Shown piece after piece: positions 18,924 through 28,088 of a stretch of 61,760 nt of DNA; position 1 is the first letter of the stretch; each line of letters starts with the position of its first letter. The position numbers and the translations under genes were made by a program. Below the pieces are notes generated by a model, which saw only the letters and a program-made list of their open reading frames with translations, ran no database searches and was not told the origin of the DNA. Source of the stretch: an uncultured Eubacteriales bacterium (lineage in GTDB: Bacteria; Bacillota; Clostridia; Lachnospirales; Lachnospiraceae); contig ONNE01000064.1 of assembly GCA_900319095.1 (NCBI GenBank), positions 1 through 61,760 of the forward strand, in the 5' to 3' direction.

Positions 18924-19343
18924 TCACTCTCTGATCAACTGCGAATCCCACATCACCTTAGCCGGGTTAATATTCTCCCGTTTTGTCTGATACTGGCAGG
19001 ATTCATTTCCCCCTGTCAGTATTTTTCTCAAAAATCTTAGGGAAATGGGCAACTGATAAGATATTTTTACCCGTGTTTCCCACGTTGTTTTTTTCATATG
19101 AATATCCTTTATGCGCATGATATAAAGGTTGCTTTGTATTGACTCTTTTTCCTCGCTGATCCAGTTTTTCGCTGCTGATTTTTCCTCTGATGAAATCCAC
19201 TTCATTGCCCACTCATTCGCCATGCTCTCTAACACAACACAGTCATGAACATACATACCGGTATAAAAACAAGACAACATGACCCAAACGGAAATGGTCA
19301 TGACAAACACAGCCTCCACCGTATAAGATCCCGATAACTTCAT
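18924..19343 (-). CDS. TadE-like minor pilin
   Basis: Class III signal LSG|SYTVEA with Glu+5, followed by a hydrophobic helix. Confidence 0.75.
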   Translation of the reverse strand: MKLSGSYTVEAVFVMTISVWVMLSCFYTGMYVHDCVVLESMANEWAMKWISSEEKSAAKNWISEEKESIQSNLYIMRIKDIHMKKTTWETRVKISYQLPISLRFLRKILTGGNESCQYQTKRENINPAKVMWDSQLIRE

Positions 19344-19759
19344 AAAAACATCACCATCCCAAATGCCAGAGCAGTAAAAGGGACAAACGGAATGGAGTAC
19401 CTCTTTCCCACGTGGCGCACAGTGATAAGAAACAAACTGACAAGAGAAGATAACATAAGACTGATAAACAAAAGCTCTAAATTCTCAAAAAAACCAAGAT
19501 ATGCTCCCGTAAGACAATACACAAGCGCATCACCCCCACCGATGGCACCACGACTCACCCTTCCGATGACTCCCAGCGCGATGCCAATGGCCATTCCCAG
19601 GACCCAATGAACCCAGGATATATGCAAAATCAGGTTTCCCGCACAAACAAAGATAATTCCCAGAATTCCAGGCAAAAGAGGAATTTTCTTTGCCCGGATA
19701 TCGCACACAGCCATGACAACTAAATAAACACCTGTTACCGCCAACATACTCTGTCTCAT
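19340..19759 (-). CDS. A24 prepilin peptidase (second copy)
   Basis: CDIRAKKIP and GGGD aspartate motifs, IPFVPF C-terminus. ATG at 19759 after GGAGGAG. Confidence 0.85.
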   Translation of the reverse strand: MRQSMLAVTGVYLVVMAVCDIRAKKIPLLPGILGIIFVCAGNLILHISWVHWVLGMAIGIALGVIGRVSRGAIGGGDALVYCLTGAYLGFFENLELLFISLMLSSLVSLFLITVRHVGKRYSIPFVPFTALAFGMVMFL

Positions 19760-19776
19760 TTTAACTCTCCTCCCGT

Positions 19777-20592
19777 CTATTTTGCACACTTACTGCACGG
19801 TGTCCTCTCGCCCACTTCTGACAAAGATATTTTCTCAATACTTCTCTTGATCTTACTACAGGAGGCACTCGCATGATACCGGTCTCCATAATTGGTAATA
19901 AAGACCGGGGTATTCTCGTCTAAGCTCTGACCACGAAGACAGTGCTCGCATGGTTTATAGATACCTCCATTTTCATTTCGAAGCGAATGAATATCCCGAA
20001 ACAAAAATTGAGAAATGCTTAATTTTAAATAATGGCATGTTGAACTTTTATGGTATACTCTCCCCGTCGGTGTGATATAAACCATGGGATTTCCGGTTTT
20101 TCCCTCCATCTCCCGGCTCTCTACCCCCGTGAAGGCTCTTGTGTGAACCCGCTGTCGAAATTGACAGGACGAAAATGGCAGAAAGTGAAACGGTGTTTTT
20201 ATCCGGTAACAAATAATCAGATCAATTTCATCGTTTTCCCTTAAAATCTTTGATTCCAACATATGAAACGATGTCAGGCGTGTATCCAGATAACGGCTCA
20301 TCCTGGTCTGGCACGCAGCCGTATTTACAAGCATTTGATTTTTACCTGCTGCATATTCTACGGATACCTCGCTCGCCACTCTCGTCAGCGCCCACTGAAC
20401 CCGGTCCTGACACTCCATCATTTTCCCCAGATATAGAATGGATAACATCGCAAAGATAAAAACCGGCAGCACCAGGGATGCCTCCACCGTGAGTGATGCC
20501 CGACCCGTTCTCAAGGCGGAAAAGGGTATCCTATAGGTTTGATATAACATTTTTACCAGTGTCACAAAAGTTTTCTTTTTTGGTTTTTTCAT
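19777..20592 (-). CDS. TadE-like minor pilin with two C-terminal His/Cys zinc-finger-like modules
   Basis: GRA|SLTVEASLVLPVF pilin signal. Modules VYITPTGRVYH..C...PCEHC and VFITNYGDRYH..C...PCSKC. Confidence 0.8.
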   Translation of the reverse strand: MKKPKKKTFVTLVKMLYQTYRIPFSALRTGRASLTVEASLVLPVFIFAMLSILYLGKMMECQDRVQWALTRVASEVSVEYAAGKNQMLVNTAACQTRMSRYLDTRLTSFHMLESKILRENDEIDLIICYRIKTPFHFLPFSSCQFRQRVHTRAFTGVESREMEGKTGNPMVYITPTGRVYHKSSTCHYLKLSISQFLFRDIHSLRNENGGIYKPCEHCLRGQSLDENTPVFITNYGDRYHASASCSKIKRSIEKISLSEVGERTPCSKCAK

Positions 20593-20649
20593 AGATCGGC
20601 TCCTCCTTCTTTCTATTGTATTTATAGAATACCCTTTCCCGCCTTGAAA

Positions 20650-22656
20650 TCAGGCATAGTGTCTGAGTATCTCCGTATGATAGGGATACTCACGAATCTT
20701 TCTTTGTAACATTTGTTGTATGGATGGAAAGTGAAAAAATTTAGATGGAAAAACATAATCTGCTGACACGCAAATGGAGTAAACGCACATTCCAAGATCA
20801 AAACTTTCATACCCATTTTTTTTCATATCCCACTGAATGAGATCCATGATTCGATATCTCTTAGTTTCCTTTTTGGTGAGTGCGAGAAACACCATTACAT
20901 ATTCCCGATAACCAAAAGATGTCTTTGTCTCCTTTGGATATCTCCCGGCTCTTTTTGTGATCGCCGCGGATGTAATCTGAAATATTTCTGTATATTTTGT
21001 CAGAATCTCACCGGGTTTTTTAGTCAACGGAACATGCCTGTGATTGAGAAGTCCTGCCACATCGACAAGTCCCTCGACCACGGACCACGTGATCAGAATC
21101 ATCGTCTGTGTCAACCGAATGAGGGCATCCATTCCCGTAAATCCAACCAGTGCGGCTGCGGTCATATATGCCTCCGTTTTTTTTGCCTCATCCTGATAAA
21201 TGGCCGCAAAATTTACTGCGGACCGGATCAACAAAATCCGGTTGAGCACTGCCTCTAAATTCTCGCGGTCTGTTTTTTTCCCCGCAAGAACATACTCCCA
21301 TTGATAGGTAAGAGACGGCTTCCACTCACGGATCACCTCCCCGTAGCCGGGGAGCTGGTCCATAATATAAGAATTCAGGCAAAAATCTCCCATCGCACAC
21401 CCTGATACATCTTTTATCGCACCGGATAATTCAACCGTTTCTTCTTTTACCAGAGATTTTGATTTCTCTGTGTACCCACCTTTCTCCTGATCCTGCGCAT
21501 TGTTTTGTTGGGCAAAGGAATCCTCATTTTTTACCTCCCCTTTTGCCAGCTTGGATACATCTTCACAGACAAGATTCAAAATTCCATCTTTCCATGATGC
21601 TTTTAAAGATTCCTGCGGATCTTGTGCGGATTCCTGTTCTCCCACACCGGTATAATCAAAGACCGGCTGTGAAGTGGTGTAATCCTTCCATAGTCCCGAT
21701 AAAGTCTCTTTCTTTTCTTTTGTCAGTTTTTGTCCGAGTATTTCCGCTGTCTTTTTTAGAATTCTCTCATTTGTCTTTAAGGCAGATGACATATTCTCAA
21801 GCGATGTGATCTTTGATGACCGGTTCGAAAACTCAGCCTCGTCATATCCTATTTTTTGATAATCCGATCTCAACTGATCCACCTTTTTGATCGCTGTTTC
21901 TGTGAGTTTTAAAACATTTTGAATTCTTTTTTTAAAGGTATTTTTGTTGATATGTTTGAACTCACGCGGAGTGTCATCCAGCTTCTTTTTCATTTTCTTC
22001 CAGACATTTGCGTTGGTGATTCCAAAATTCTGGCTTTTCTTCTCTCCCGTGACAAACATTTTTACAAACTCGTTGGCGCAAGTAATTTTTCCCCCTGATA
22101 TATGAATTCCATCAATCAGTCCAATCAGCTCAACCCATCGGCTGTCAAGTTTTGCCTCTTTTCTTTGTTCTTCTACACTTGCCTCAATCTGTTCTGCGGT
22201 TGTATTGGTCGAAACAGCCTCTTCGGATTGATCCGTAAATTTCTTAAGCTGCTTTTGGGTAAGACGTCTCAGCATAAAACTCTCGATTTCTTTTTGAAGG
22301 GGTTCAGCCTTATGATCTCCCACAAAAACTTTGTCTTTTATCTCAACACCTCTTAACTCCCCCTGAAAAAAATCCATAGAACGACCACTTGCCGCCTCCA
22401 ACGTATCACCCGAATACTTTGCGATAACGGTTTCGAAAGGAATTCCTTTGCTCTCGATAAAAAACAGCCCATAATTGTCATAGAGCGGTCGATGATACTC
22501 GGTCATCAGCGTATCCGCCGCCATCCTCGTTGTACGGGCGGCATGATCGGCACATGCTGTAAATCTGGCAGTCTCTAACAGCGTTCCCAACAGTGCCACA
22601 ATGAGAATCCCCGTAAGGGATAAAAACACGGTTATACTGCCTTTTTGCCTACCCAA
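20650..22656 (-). CDS. Large TadG-like pilus protein (DUF5702-like)
   Basis: QKG|SITVFLSL pilin-like N-terminus, EYHRPLYDNYGLF, YQWEYVLAGK.TD.ENL and RIMDLIQ motifs. Lies within the tad operon. Confidence 0.75.
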   Translation of the reverse strand: MGRQKGSITVFLSLTGILIVALLGTLLETARFTACADHAARTTRMAADTLMTEYHRPLYDNYGLFFIESKGIPFETVIAKYSGDTLEAASGRSMDFFQGELRGVEIKDKVFVGDHKAEPLQKEIESFMLRRLTQKQLKKFTDQSEEAVSTNTTAEQIEASVEEQRKEAKLDSRWVELIGLIDGIHISGGKITCANEFVKMFVTGEKKSQNFGITNANVWKKMKKKLDDTPREFKHINKNTFKKRIQNVLKLTETAIKKVDQLRSDYQKIGYDEAEFSNRSSKITSLENMSSALKTNERILKKTAEILGQKLTKEKKETLSGLWKDYTTSQPVFDYTGVGEQESAQDPQESLKASWKDGILNLVCEDVSKLAKGEVKNEDSFAQQNNAQDQEKGGYTEKSKSLVKEETVELSGAIKDVSGCAMGDFCLNSYIMDQLPGYGEVIREWKPSLTYQWEYVLAGKKTDRENLEAVLNRILLIRSAVNFAAIYQDEAKKTEAYMTAAALVGFTGMDALIRLTQTMILITWSVVEGLVDVAGLLNHRHVPLTKKPGEILTKYTEIFQITSAAITKRAGRYPKETKTSFGYREYVMVFLALTKKETKRYRIMDLIQWDMKKNGYESFDLGMCVYSICVSADYVFPSKFFHFPSIQQMLQRKIREYPYHTEILRHYA

Positions 22657-22822
22657 TAATTGACGTCGAATCCTTATTAAACTGTGTAAATGCCTTATTC
22701 ACAATGCTGGTAATCTTTGTTTTAAATACCAGAACCAAAGCCACCAGAATAACAAGAATCAATATAATCTCAACAACACCTACTGCCTCTTCTTCTTGAA
22801 AAAATAATTTTAAATTTCCCAT
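22649..22822 (-). CDS. flp: Flp1-like major pilin (type IVc)
   Basis: Short protein FFQEEEA|VGVVEIILILVILVALVLVFK with Glu+5, located after tadC. Confidence 0.88.
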   Translation of the reverse strand: MGNLKLFFQEEEAVGVVEIILILVILVALVLVFKTKITSIVNKAFTQFNKDSTSIIG

Positions 22823-22859
22823 CATAACCTCTTTTCTGTGTCTCTCTGACACGATTTTT

Positions 22860-24188
22860 TTACATTGTCATAAAAGCCGGAATCATAATAATTCCCATCA
22901 CAATCGCCAACATCATCACCATGGGGAGCAATAATTTTGTTCCCGCTATCTCTCCCAGTCTCAGCGCTCTCTCCTTTTGTTTCTCTAATGCCTCATATGA
23001 CTCCTCATTTAGGATATCAATCATTCCCTCTGCCCCCTTTTTTAAATTCTGTGAGAGAATCGAAGAAAATTTTAAATACGGTGAGAGACAACATCGTTTA
23101 CCAAAATTCTCAATTGCAGAAATCTCTGACTGTCCATCTCGCATTTCCTGTGCCAGAATACACATTTCCTCATAGGCATATCGCATCTCTTCTCCCTCTC
23201 TTTTTTCTCTCTCATATTCGCCGACAATCCGGTCGATCGCTCCCCGGAAAGTCAGACCGGCCCCAAGCAGAAGCATCACTTTGTTGAGAATCTCAGGATG
23301 ATCGGACATCATCTGGTCATCTCTTTTTTTCAGCGCTTTTTTCTGCTGTTCTCTCCAGATCAGTGGCATTGCAGCGACTAAAAACAAGCTCAGTACTGCC
23401 GGAAGAAAATCTTTCTTTTTTTCTGCGCTCTGATAGGAAAGCTTTGTCTCCCCCACTTTTCCCGGGAGCTCCACCGTATCTTCGGTGCGATTTTTATTTA
23501 GTGCCTCTTTTACCGCCTGTTTGACCTGAAATATCTCCTTTTGTCTGCGGGACATTGCGGATGGGTCGAGATGAACGGGATAGTGATAGGATTGCTTCCA
23601 GTTTCTCCATGTCACACGTGCCACCAAATCCACATCGATGCCCTCTTGGGGAATCTTATCCATTCTGAGACTTCCATCTTCACGCAAATATGTTTCCTCA
23701 TAGCTCCATGTGATGGTTGCCTGTGTATCCGGTATCTCCTGAACAAAATTAAGTGAGTTTACAATGCACTTTGGCGATTCATTTTTCCCGAGATAGTGAC
23801 TGCCAATGTAGTCATCCACCTTTTTTTGCAGCTCTTCTTTTTCTTCTCTGGTAAATTGTCGTTGCTTTACTTTCATTGACATTTTCTTCTGCCATGTCTG
23901 TGTTCCGTCATCTCCACTCACCAAAAGTTCGACTGCCGTGTCCTCTGATTGGCGGACGAGATATTGATTTTCTTTTAAAACCGGATTATTTTCTGTGCGG
24001 CTGGCACAGTAGATCAAAAGGATGATGGTCAGTGCCAGAAGAACTGCGATCTGCTGAATTCTTTTTTTCCACGTATTAAATAGGATTTTTTCCCCTTCCT
24101 CTCTCGGATGGAGCCTTTTGATTGCCGATGATGTCTCCTGATCCTTTTGAATCCGGCATAAAATCCAATGTTTGAGCGTTTGTCTCAT
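22860..24188 (-). CDS. tadC: TadC-like platform protein (T2SS F domain) with an extracellular insert
   Basis: LLLGAGLT, QNLKKG and GEIAGTKLLLPMVMML motifs. Confidence 0.82.
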   Translation of the reverse strand: MRQTLKHWILCRIQKDQETSSAIKRLHPREEGEKILFNTWKKRIQQIAVLLALTIILLIYCASRTENNPVLKENQYLVRQSEDTAVELLVSGDDGTQTWQKKMSMKVKQRQFTREEKEELQKKVDDYIGSHYLGKNESPKCIVNSLNFVQEIPDTQATITWSYEETYLREDGSLRMDKIPQEGIDVDLVARVTWRNWKQSYHYPVHLDPSAMSRRQKEIFQVKQAVKEALNKNRTEDTVELPGKVGETKLSYQSAEKKKDFLPAVLSLFLVAAMPLIWREQQKKALKKRDDQMMSDHPEILNKVMLLLGAGLTFRGAIDRIVGEYEREKREGEEMRYAYEEMCILAQEMRDGQSEISAIENFGKRCCLSPYLKFSSILSQNLKKGAEGMIDILNEESYEALEKQKERALRLGEIAGTKLLLPMVMMLAIVMGIIMIPAFMTM

Positions 24189-24212
24189 GTCAAAATCCCC
24201 CTCCCTGACCCT

Positions 24213-24959
24213 CTATATTTGGATATTCATGATGCTTTGGCTCCACACAACCGATGCCCCATAAAAAATCAGACAAATCGTCATGAATCCCCGGCCTGCA
24301 ATTCCATGGTAGAGCGGATCGAGAAACCCGGGCGAACACAATCTCAGATACAATATGATTGAAAACGGAACCAGCATCATGCAGTTCGCCTCCATTTTTT
24401 TACCTGCAATCTTTGTCTGTATCTCGCGCTTTACTTCTACCTTTTCGCTGATATTTTCTGCTGTTCTCTTCATTACCTGAACCAGGTTCCCTCCACTCTT
24501 TCTGGCGGTTGCATAGATCTGTCCAAATGTTACGATGTCCTTGACTCCGCTCCTTCTACCCAGATCGAGCAGCAACTCATCCAGCGATTCTTTGAGTGAG
24601 AGTTTATGTAGCATTCGTTCAAGTTCCCTCAACATCGGAGTGTCCTTCCCATACATTAATTTTAAATCGCGATAGGCCTCCCTGACTGCATTTTCCATCG
24701 AGTATCCGGCCACCAGCGCTGCCACAAAACTGTCCATGGCATCTTTGAATTCCAACATGAGATTCCACTGACTTTTTTTGGCCAGTTCTCTTTTCTGGTA
24801 GCAGATAAAGAGAGTTCCCGCCAAAAAGGATCCCGGAACACACACGGCCCACAGATCTCCATAGAACAAAAACAGAATAAAAAATCCGGCAGACGCTCCC
24901 AATAGTCCATAGCGGACAAATTCCATCCTTGTCATGTGATAGCTCTGATAATCATTCAA
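24213..24959 (-). CDS. tadB: TadB-like platform protein (T2SS F domain)
   Basis: LVAGYSMENA, ARKSGGNL and KKMEA motifs. TTG at 24959 overlaps the ATPase stop codon. Confidence 0.85.
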   Translation of the reverse strand: MNDYQSYHMTRMEFVRYGLLGASAGFFILFLFYGDLWAVCVPGSFLAGTLFICYQKRELAKKSQWNLMLEFKDAMDSFVAALVAGYSMENAVREAYRDLKLMYGKDTPMLRELERMLHKLSLKESLDELLLDLGRRSGVKDIVTFGQIYATARKSGGNLVQVMKRTAENISEKVEVKREIQTKIAGKKMEANCMMLVPFSIILYLRLCSPGFLDPLYHGIAGRGFMTICLIFYGASVVWSQSIMNIQI

Positions 24960-26191
24960 AGAACCACCCCCGCTCTCTGACATTTTTCGATTGCTCTTAG
25001 TTTTGTACCGGTCGCCCGAAGCGTACCCACTACCTTTCCATCGCTTTCACTCTCCTCTTCAAATACATATAGGGGATACAACTGGATTTTACCATTTTTG
25101 ACTTCCCCGACTTCTGATACCTGCAATACTTTTCGTGACTTATCGCGAAGTCTTCCCAGATGAACTACCAGATCTAATCCCGATGAAATCTGCTGGCGAA
25201 TTGCCTCAAGCGGAATGTCCATCCCCATCAGAACCAGAGTTTCCAGTCGATTTAACATATCTTCCGGGCTGTTGGCATGTCCGGTCGATAAACTCCCGTC
25301 ATGTCCTGTGTTCATGGCGCTGAGTAGATCGATGGCGGCAGAATCCCGGATCTCCCCGACAATAATCCGGTCCGGTCTCATTCTGAGAGCACTTTTGACA
25401 AGATCGCGAATGGTGACCTCATTTTTTCCCTCAACATTGGCATTGCGCGCCTCTAATCTCACAAGATTCTCAACATTTTGAATCTGTAGCTCCGCAGAGT
25501 CCTCAATGGTAATTACCCGTTCCCTTCTGGGGATAAAGTTTGAGAGTACATTTAAAAATGTCGTCTTGCCCGCTCCGGTGCCACCCGATATGAAAATGTT
25601 ATACTTAGCCACCACCAGCTTTTTTAAAAAATCCTCAACTTCCTCTGTTACCGCCCCCATCTGAATCAGATGTTTCATCGTCATCGCCTCTTTGGGAAAT
25701 TTGCGGATTGTAATAATCGGTCCCTCAATGGCAATGGGCGGAACAACAATATTCACACGGGAGCCATCCGGCAGCCTGGCATCCAGAATGGGATGCGATT
25801 CATTGACAATCCGGTTTCCCTCAGAGGCAATCTGCTGCGCAATATCTTCCAGCCGGGAAGAGTGTTCAAACGTCAATCCCGTCTCACTCATCCACCCCTT
25901 TTTTTCTATGAAAATATGATCCGGTCCATTCACCATAATTTCCGTGACCTCGTCATCATCCAAAAGATCCTGCAACACATCCATCTTTCGGATGGAATTA
26001 AAAATTGTGTGTCTAAGTCTCTTCTTTTCCTCCAGTCGAATGTACTCCCCCTGACCTGCCCGCTCGATTTTCTCTTCAATGTGGGTCAAAAGCTCTTCAT
26101 CACAAATATCGCGGCCTGCCGGAATCTCTTTTAACACCTCCTCTCTTATACTGCTCTTGAATTCACTCGTCTCCTTCCCATATACAGACAT
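24956..26191 (-). CDS. cpaF: CpaF/TadA pilus assembly ATPase
   Basis: VTEIMVNG, DARLPDGSRV, GGTGAGKTT, TIEDSAEL, LRMRPDRIIVGE and MNTGHDGSLSTGHAN motifs. Confidence 0.96.
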   Translation of the reverse strand: MSVYGKETSEFKSSIREEVLKEIPAGRDICDEELLTHIEEKIERAGQGEYIRLEEKKRLRHTIFNSIRKMDVLQDLLDDDEVTEIMVNGPDHIFIEKKGWMSETGLTFEHSSRLEDIAQQIASEGNRIVNESHPILDARLPDGSRVNIVVPPIAIEGPIITIRKFPKEAMTMKHLIQMGAVTEEVEDFLKKLVVAKYNIFISGGTGAGKTTFLNVLSNFIPRRERVITIEDSAELQIQNVENLVRLEARNANVEGKNEVTIRDLVKSALRMRPDRIIVGEIRDSAAIDLLSAMNTGHDGSLSTGHANSPEDMLNRLETLVLMGMDIPLEAIRQQISSGLDLVVHLGRLRDKSRKVLQVSEVGEVKNGKIQLYPLYVFEEESESDGKVVGTLRATGTKLRAIEKCQRAGVVL

Positions 26192-27200
26192 TTTCCTGTC
26201 CCCCTCTCATCCACTGTTTGATCCTTTCCATCTTCTGTTTATTGTTTGAAATTTCACGCAACTCCTCCTTTTCGAACTCACTCTCCCAATCACGCAGTTC
26301 ATCGTCTGTCTCAATGGTCACCGTCTTCGCCCACAGGTCTTCTCTCTTCTCAATCGCGCAGTATTTTTTATACACCTCCCCTCTGACTTGTCCCATCACA
26401 CCCTTTTGCTGTAATAGAAATACACAATCGGATTCGGATAAAAAATCCATGGTATTCTCGCACACCATTCCAATCTCTACGACAATGCTGTCATACTGAC
26501 AATCCTCTTTCAGTCTCCGGAGAAATTTTGACCAGTCCTCTTTGCTGCAATCCAAATAATCCTTAAAATGCTGAACCGGTGGCAGCATCCATGCATTTCC
26601 GAATTCCATTCTCAACTGGTTCTCTCTCTGCCTAAAATCCGGGCGGTCTAACTCAAAAAACAATTCTCCCATCCCCGGTCGGCTCATATCCGGATCCGGC
26701 CGCAGGGTTCCCTCATAGAACACCGGAAACGCTCCCATAAAAAGATACAGACACTGTCCACTCTGCCCCAAATACTGCGTCATCGTCGCTGCCAGTACGG
26801 TCGCACCATCTCCATCCGCTGCAAGAACGCTGTATACTCCATGCTCCGGCTCTTCTTCTTTTTCACCGGGAATCTGTGTTTGTTCCTGCTGCAGATCTAA
26901 CTGCCACAACAATTCCTGATAGATTGCCTCAGCTTTCTGGTATTGAAAAATCATTCCATTTTTTCGATCCTGCTGATTTGCCAGTTGCAATACTCTTCTT
27001 TTCTCTTTTTCGCATATTCCTGTCTGATCGGTTAAGATTACCAACGTTTCTTTTTCTGTTCCAACACGGTACTCCATGTTTCTTCTCTCTGTCACAAGCT
27101 CCGGATGAATTCTTGGGTTTTTTTTGCTGATCAAAAATCGAAGCAGTCTCTTTCCGTAATCCGGATTTTTTACATAGAGAAGCAGTATAATATCTTCCAA
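26163..27200 (-). CDS. CpaE/TadZ-like protein (receiver-like N-terminus + degenerate ParA/MinD domain)
   Basis: Located just before cpaF. The P-loop-like segment VYSVLAADGDGATVLA lacks Lys, and there is a YDSIVVE strand. TTG start after GAGGTG. Confidence 0.6.
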   Translation of the reverse strand: MEDIILLLYVKNPDYGKRLLRFLISKKNPRIHPELVTERRNMEYRVGTEKETLVILTDQTGICEKEKRRVLQLANQQDRKNGMIFQYQKAEAIYQELLWQLDLQQEQTQIPGEKEEEPEHGVYSVLAADGDGATVLAATMTQYLGQSGQCLYLFMGAFPVFYEGTLRPDPDMSRPGMGELFFELDRPDFRQRENQLRMEFGNAWMLPPVQHFKDYLDCSKEDWSKFLRRLKEDCQYDSIVVEIGMVCENTMDFLSESDCVFLLQQKGVMGQVRGEVYKKYCAIEKREDLWAKTVTIETDDELRDWESEFEKEELREISNNKQKMERIKQWMRGGQENVCIWEGDE

Positions 27201-27209
27201 TCACTCACC

Positions 27210-27725
27210 TCAATGCCAGGGCACACATAAAAGGGTCGCCAGCGATATTGCCACGGCAAACGGAATTACCCCGCCATCACCTTCGCGTGCCAAATCATAA
27301 TAAATTCTGAATCTTTTTTCCTGCAAACAACAGGATACATAGTTGAATAAGTGCCGAAACCGGCAGATGAAATTTTTCCGTAAAATCATTTTGACGATCG
27401 CCATGGCTGCACCTAAGAACAAGGACAAGACCATGATTGCAAAAAGCAGACGTAATCCGACAAAACTTCCGATCACGGAAAACATTTTGACATCCGATGC
27501 TCCTAACATCCGGCATCGGTATAGTCCATAGCATATAAAAAAAGGAACTACTAATCCCAAAACCCAAAGCCCTATGCCAAAAAAACCCTGAATTTGTAAC
27601 CGCCAGAACAGGCTGTTGATAACAGACAGCACCAAAAATAAATTCGGTACCTTGTAGTGTGACAGATCAGATAAGGATGCTGCAAGGAGAAAGAAGAAGA
27701 AAATCTCCTTGTAAAAGATAAGCAT
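27210..27725 (-). CDS. A24 prepilin peptidase (CpaA/TadV-like), first gene of the tad operon
   Basis: SDLSHYKVPN and LGASDVK aspartate motifs, IPFAVAI C-terminus. AGGAGG SD; exact start codon uncertain. Confidence 0.87.
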   Translation of the reverse strand: MLIFYKEIFFFFLLAASLSDLSHYKVPNLFLVLSVINSLFWRLQIQGFFGIGLWVLGLVVPFFICYGLYRCRMLGASDVKMFSVIGSFVGLRLLFAIMVLSLFLGAAMAIVKMILRKNFICRFRHLFNYVSCCLQEKRFRIYYDLAREGDGGVIPFAVAISLATLLCVPWH

Positions 27726-27750
27726 ACCTCCTATTCGTGATGTGAGAACA

Positions 27751-27779
27751 AGATTATCACACAAGGAATCACTTGTCAA
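27751..27779 (-). promoter_or_regulatory. sigma-A promoter of the tad operon
   Basis: TTGACA-17-TAATCT with an extended TG. Confidence 0.65.
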
Positions 27780-27796
27780 GAATATTTTATAAAATT

Positions 27797-27826
27797 GAAT
27801 AAAAATTTTTCTATGTGACAATACTA
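27797..27826 (+). promoter_or_regulatory. Forespore sigma-F/G-type promoter of yaaL
   Basis: GAATA-N18-AATACTA, matching GHATA-N17/18-MAWAMTA. Confidence 0.55.
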
Positions 27827-27831
27827 ATATT

Positions 27832-27851
27832 AAAAAAAGCACCTGAGTGCT
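27832..27851 (-). terminator. Weak intrinsic terminator candidate for the minus-strand flagellin operon
   Basis: AGCAC-TCAG-GTGCT followed by TTTTTT on the minus strand. The stem is only 5 bp. Confidence 0.35.
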
Positions 27852-27878
27852 AAAAAGAAAAAAAGGAAGTGAACTGTC

Positions 27879-28088
27879 ATGAGATCAAAAAGAAAAACTC
27901 CTATGCAAATGGCAAGAGAGCAACTAAAAAATGAGATAGAGGCAGTCCAACAATCGCTGGAAACTGCCAATTCTCACTTTGAAAACGCATCGGATCCGGA
28001 TCTTATCGACAGCTATATCTATGAGATGAATGCCATCTCCTTCCGCTATCGATATCTTCTCCGTCAGATCCGCGCATACGAATCCTAA
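27879..28088 (+). CDS. yaaL: YaaL/DUF2508 family protein
   Basis: ANSHFENASDPDLIDSYIYEMNA...RY.YLL motif. Confidence 0.88.
   Translation: MRSKRKTPMQMAREQLKNEIEAVQQSLETANSHFENASDPDLIDSYIYEMNAISFRYRYLLRQIRAYES

Noticed and set aside
27845-27853. GAGTGCTAA, a CIRCE half-site
   Set aside because: The matching TTAGCACTC arm 9 bp upstream is absent.
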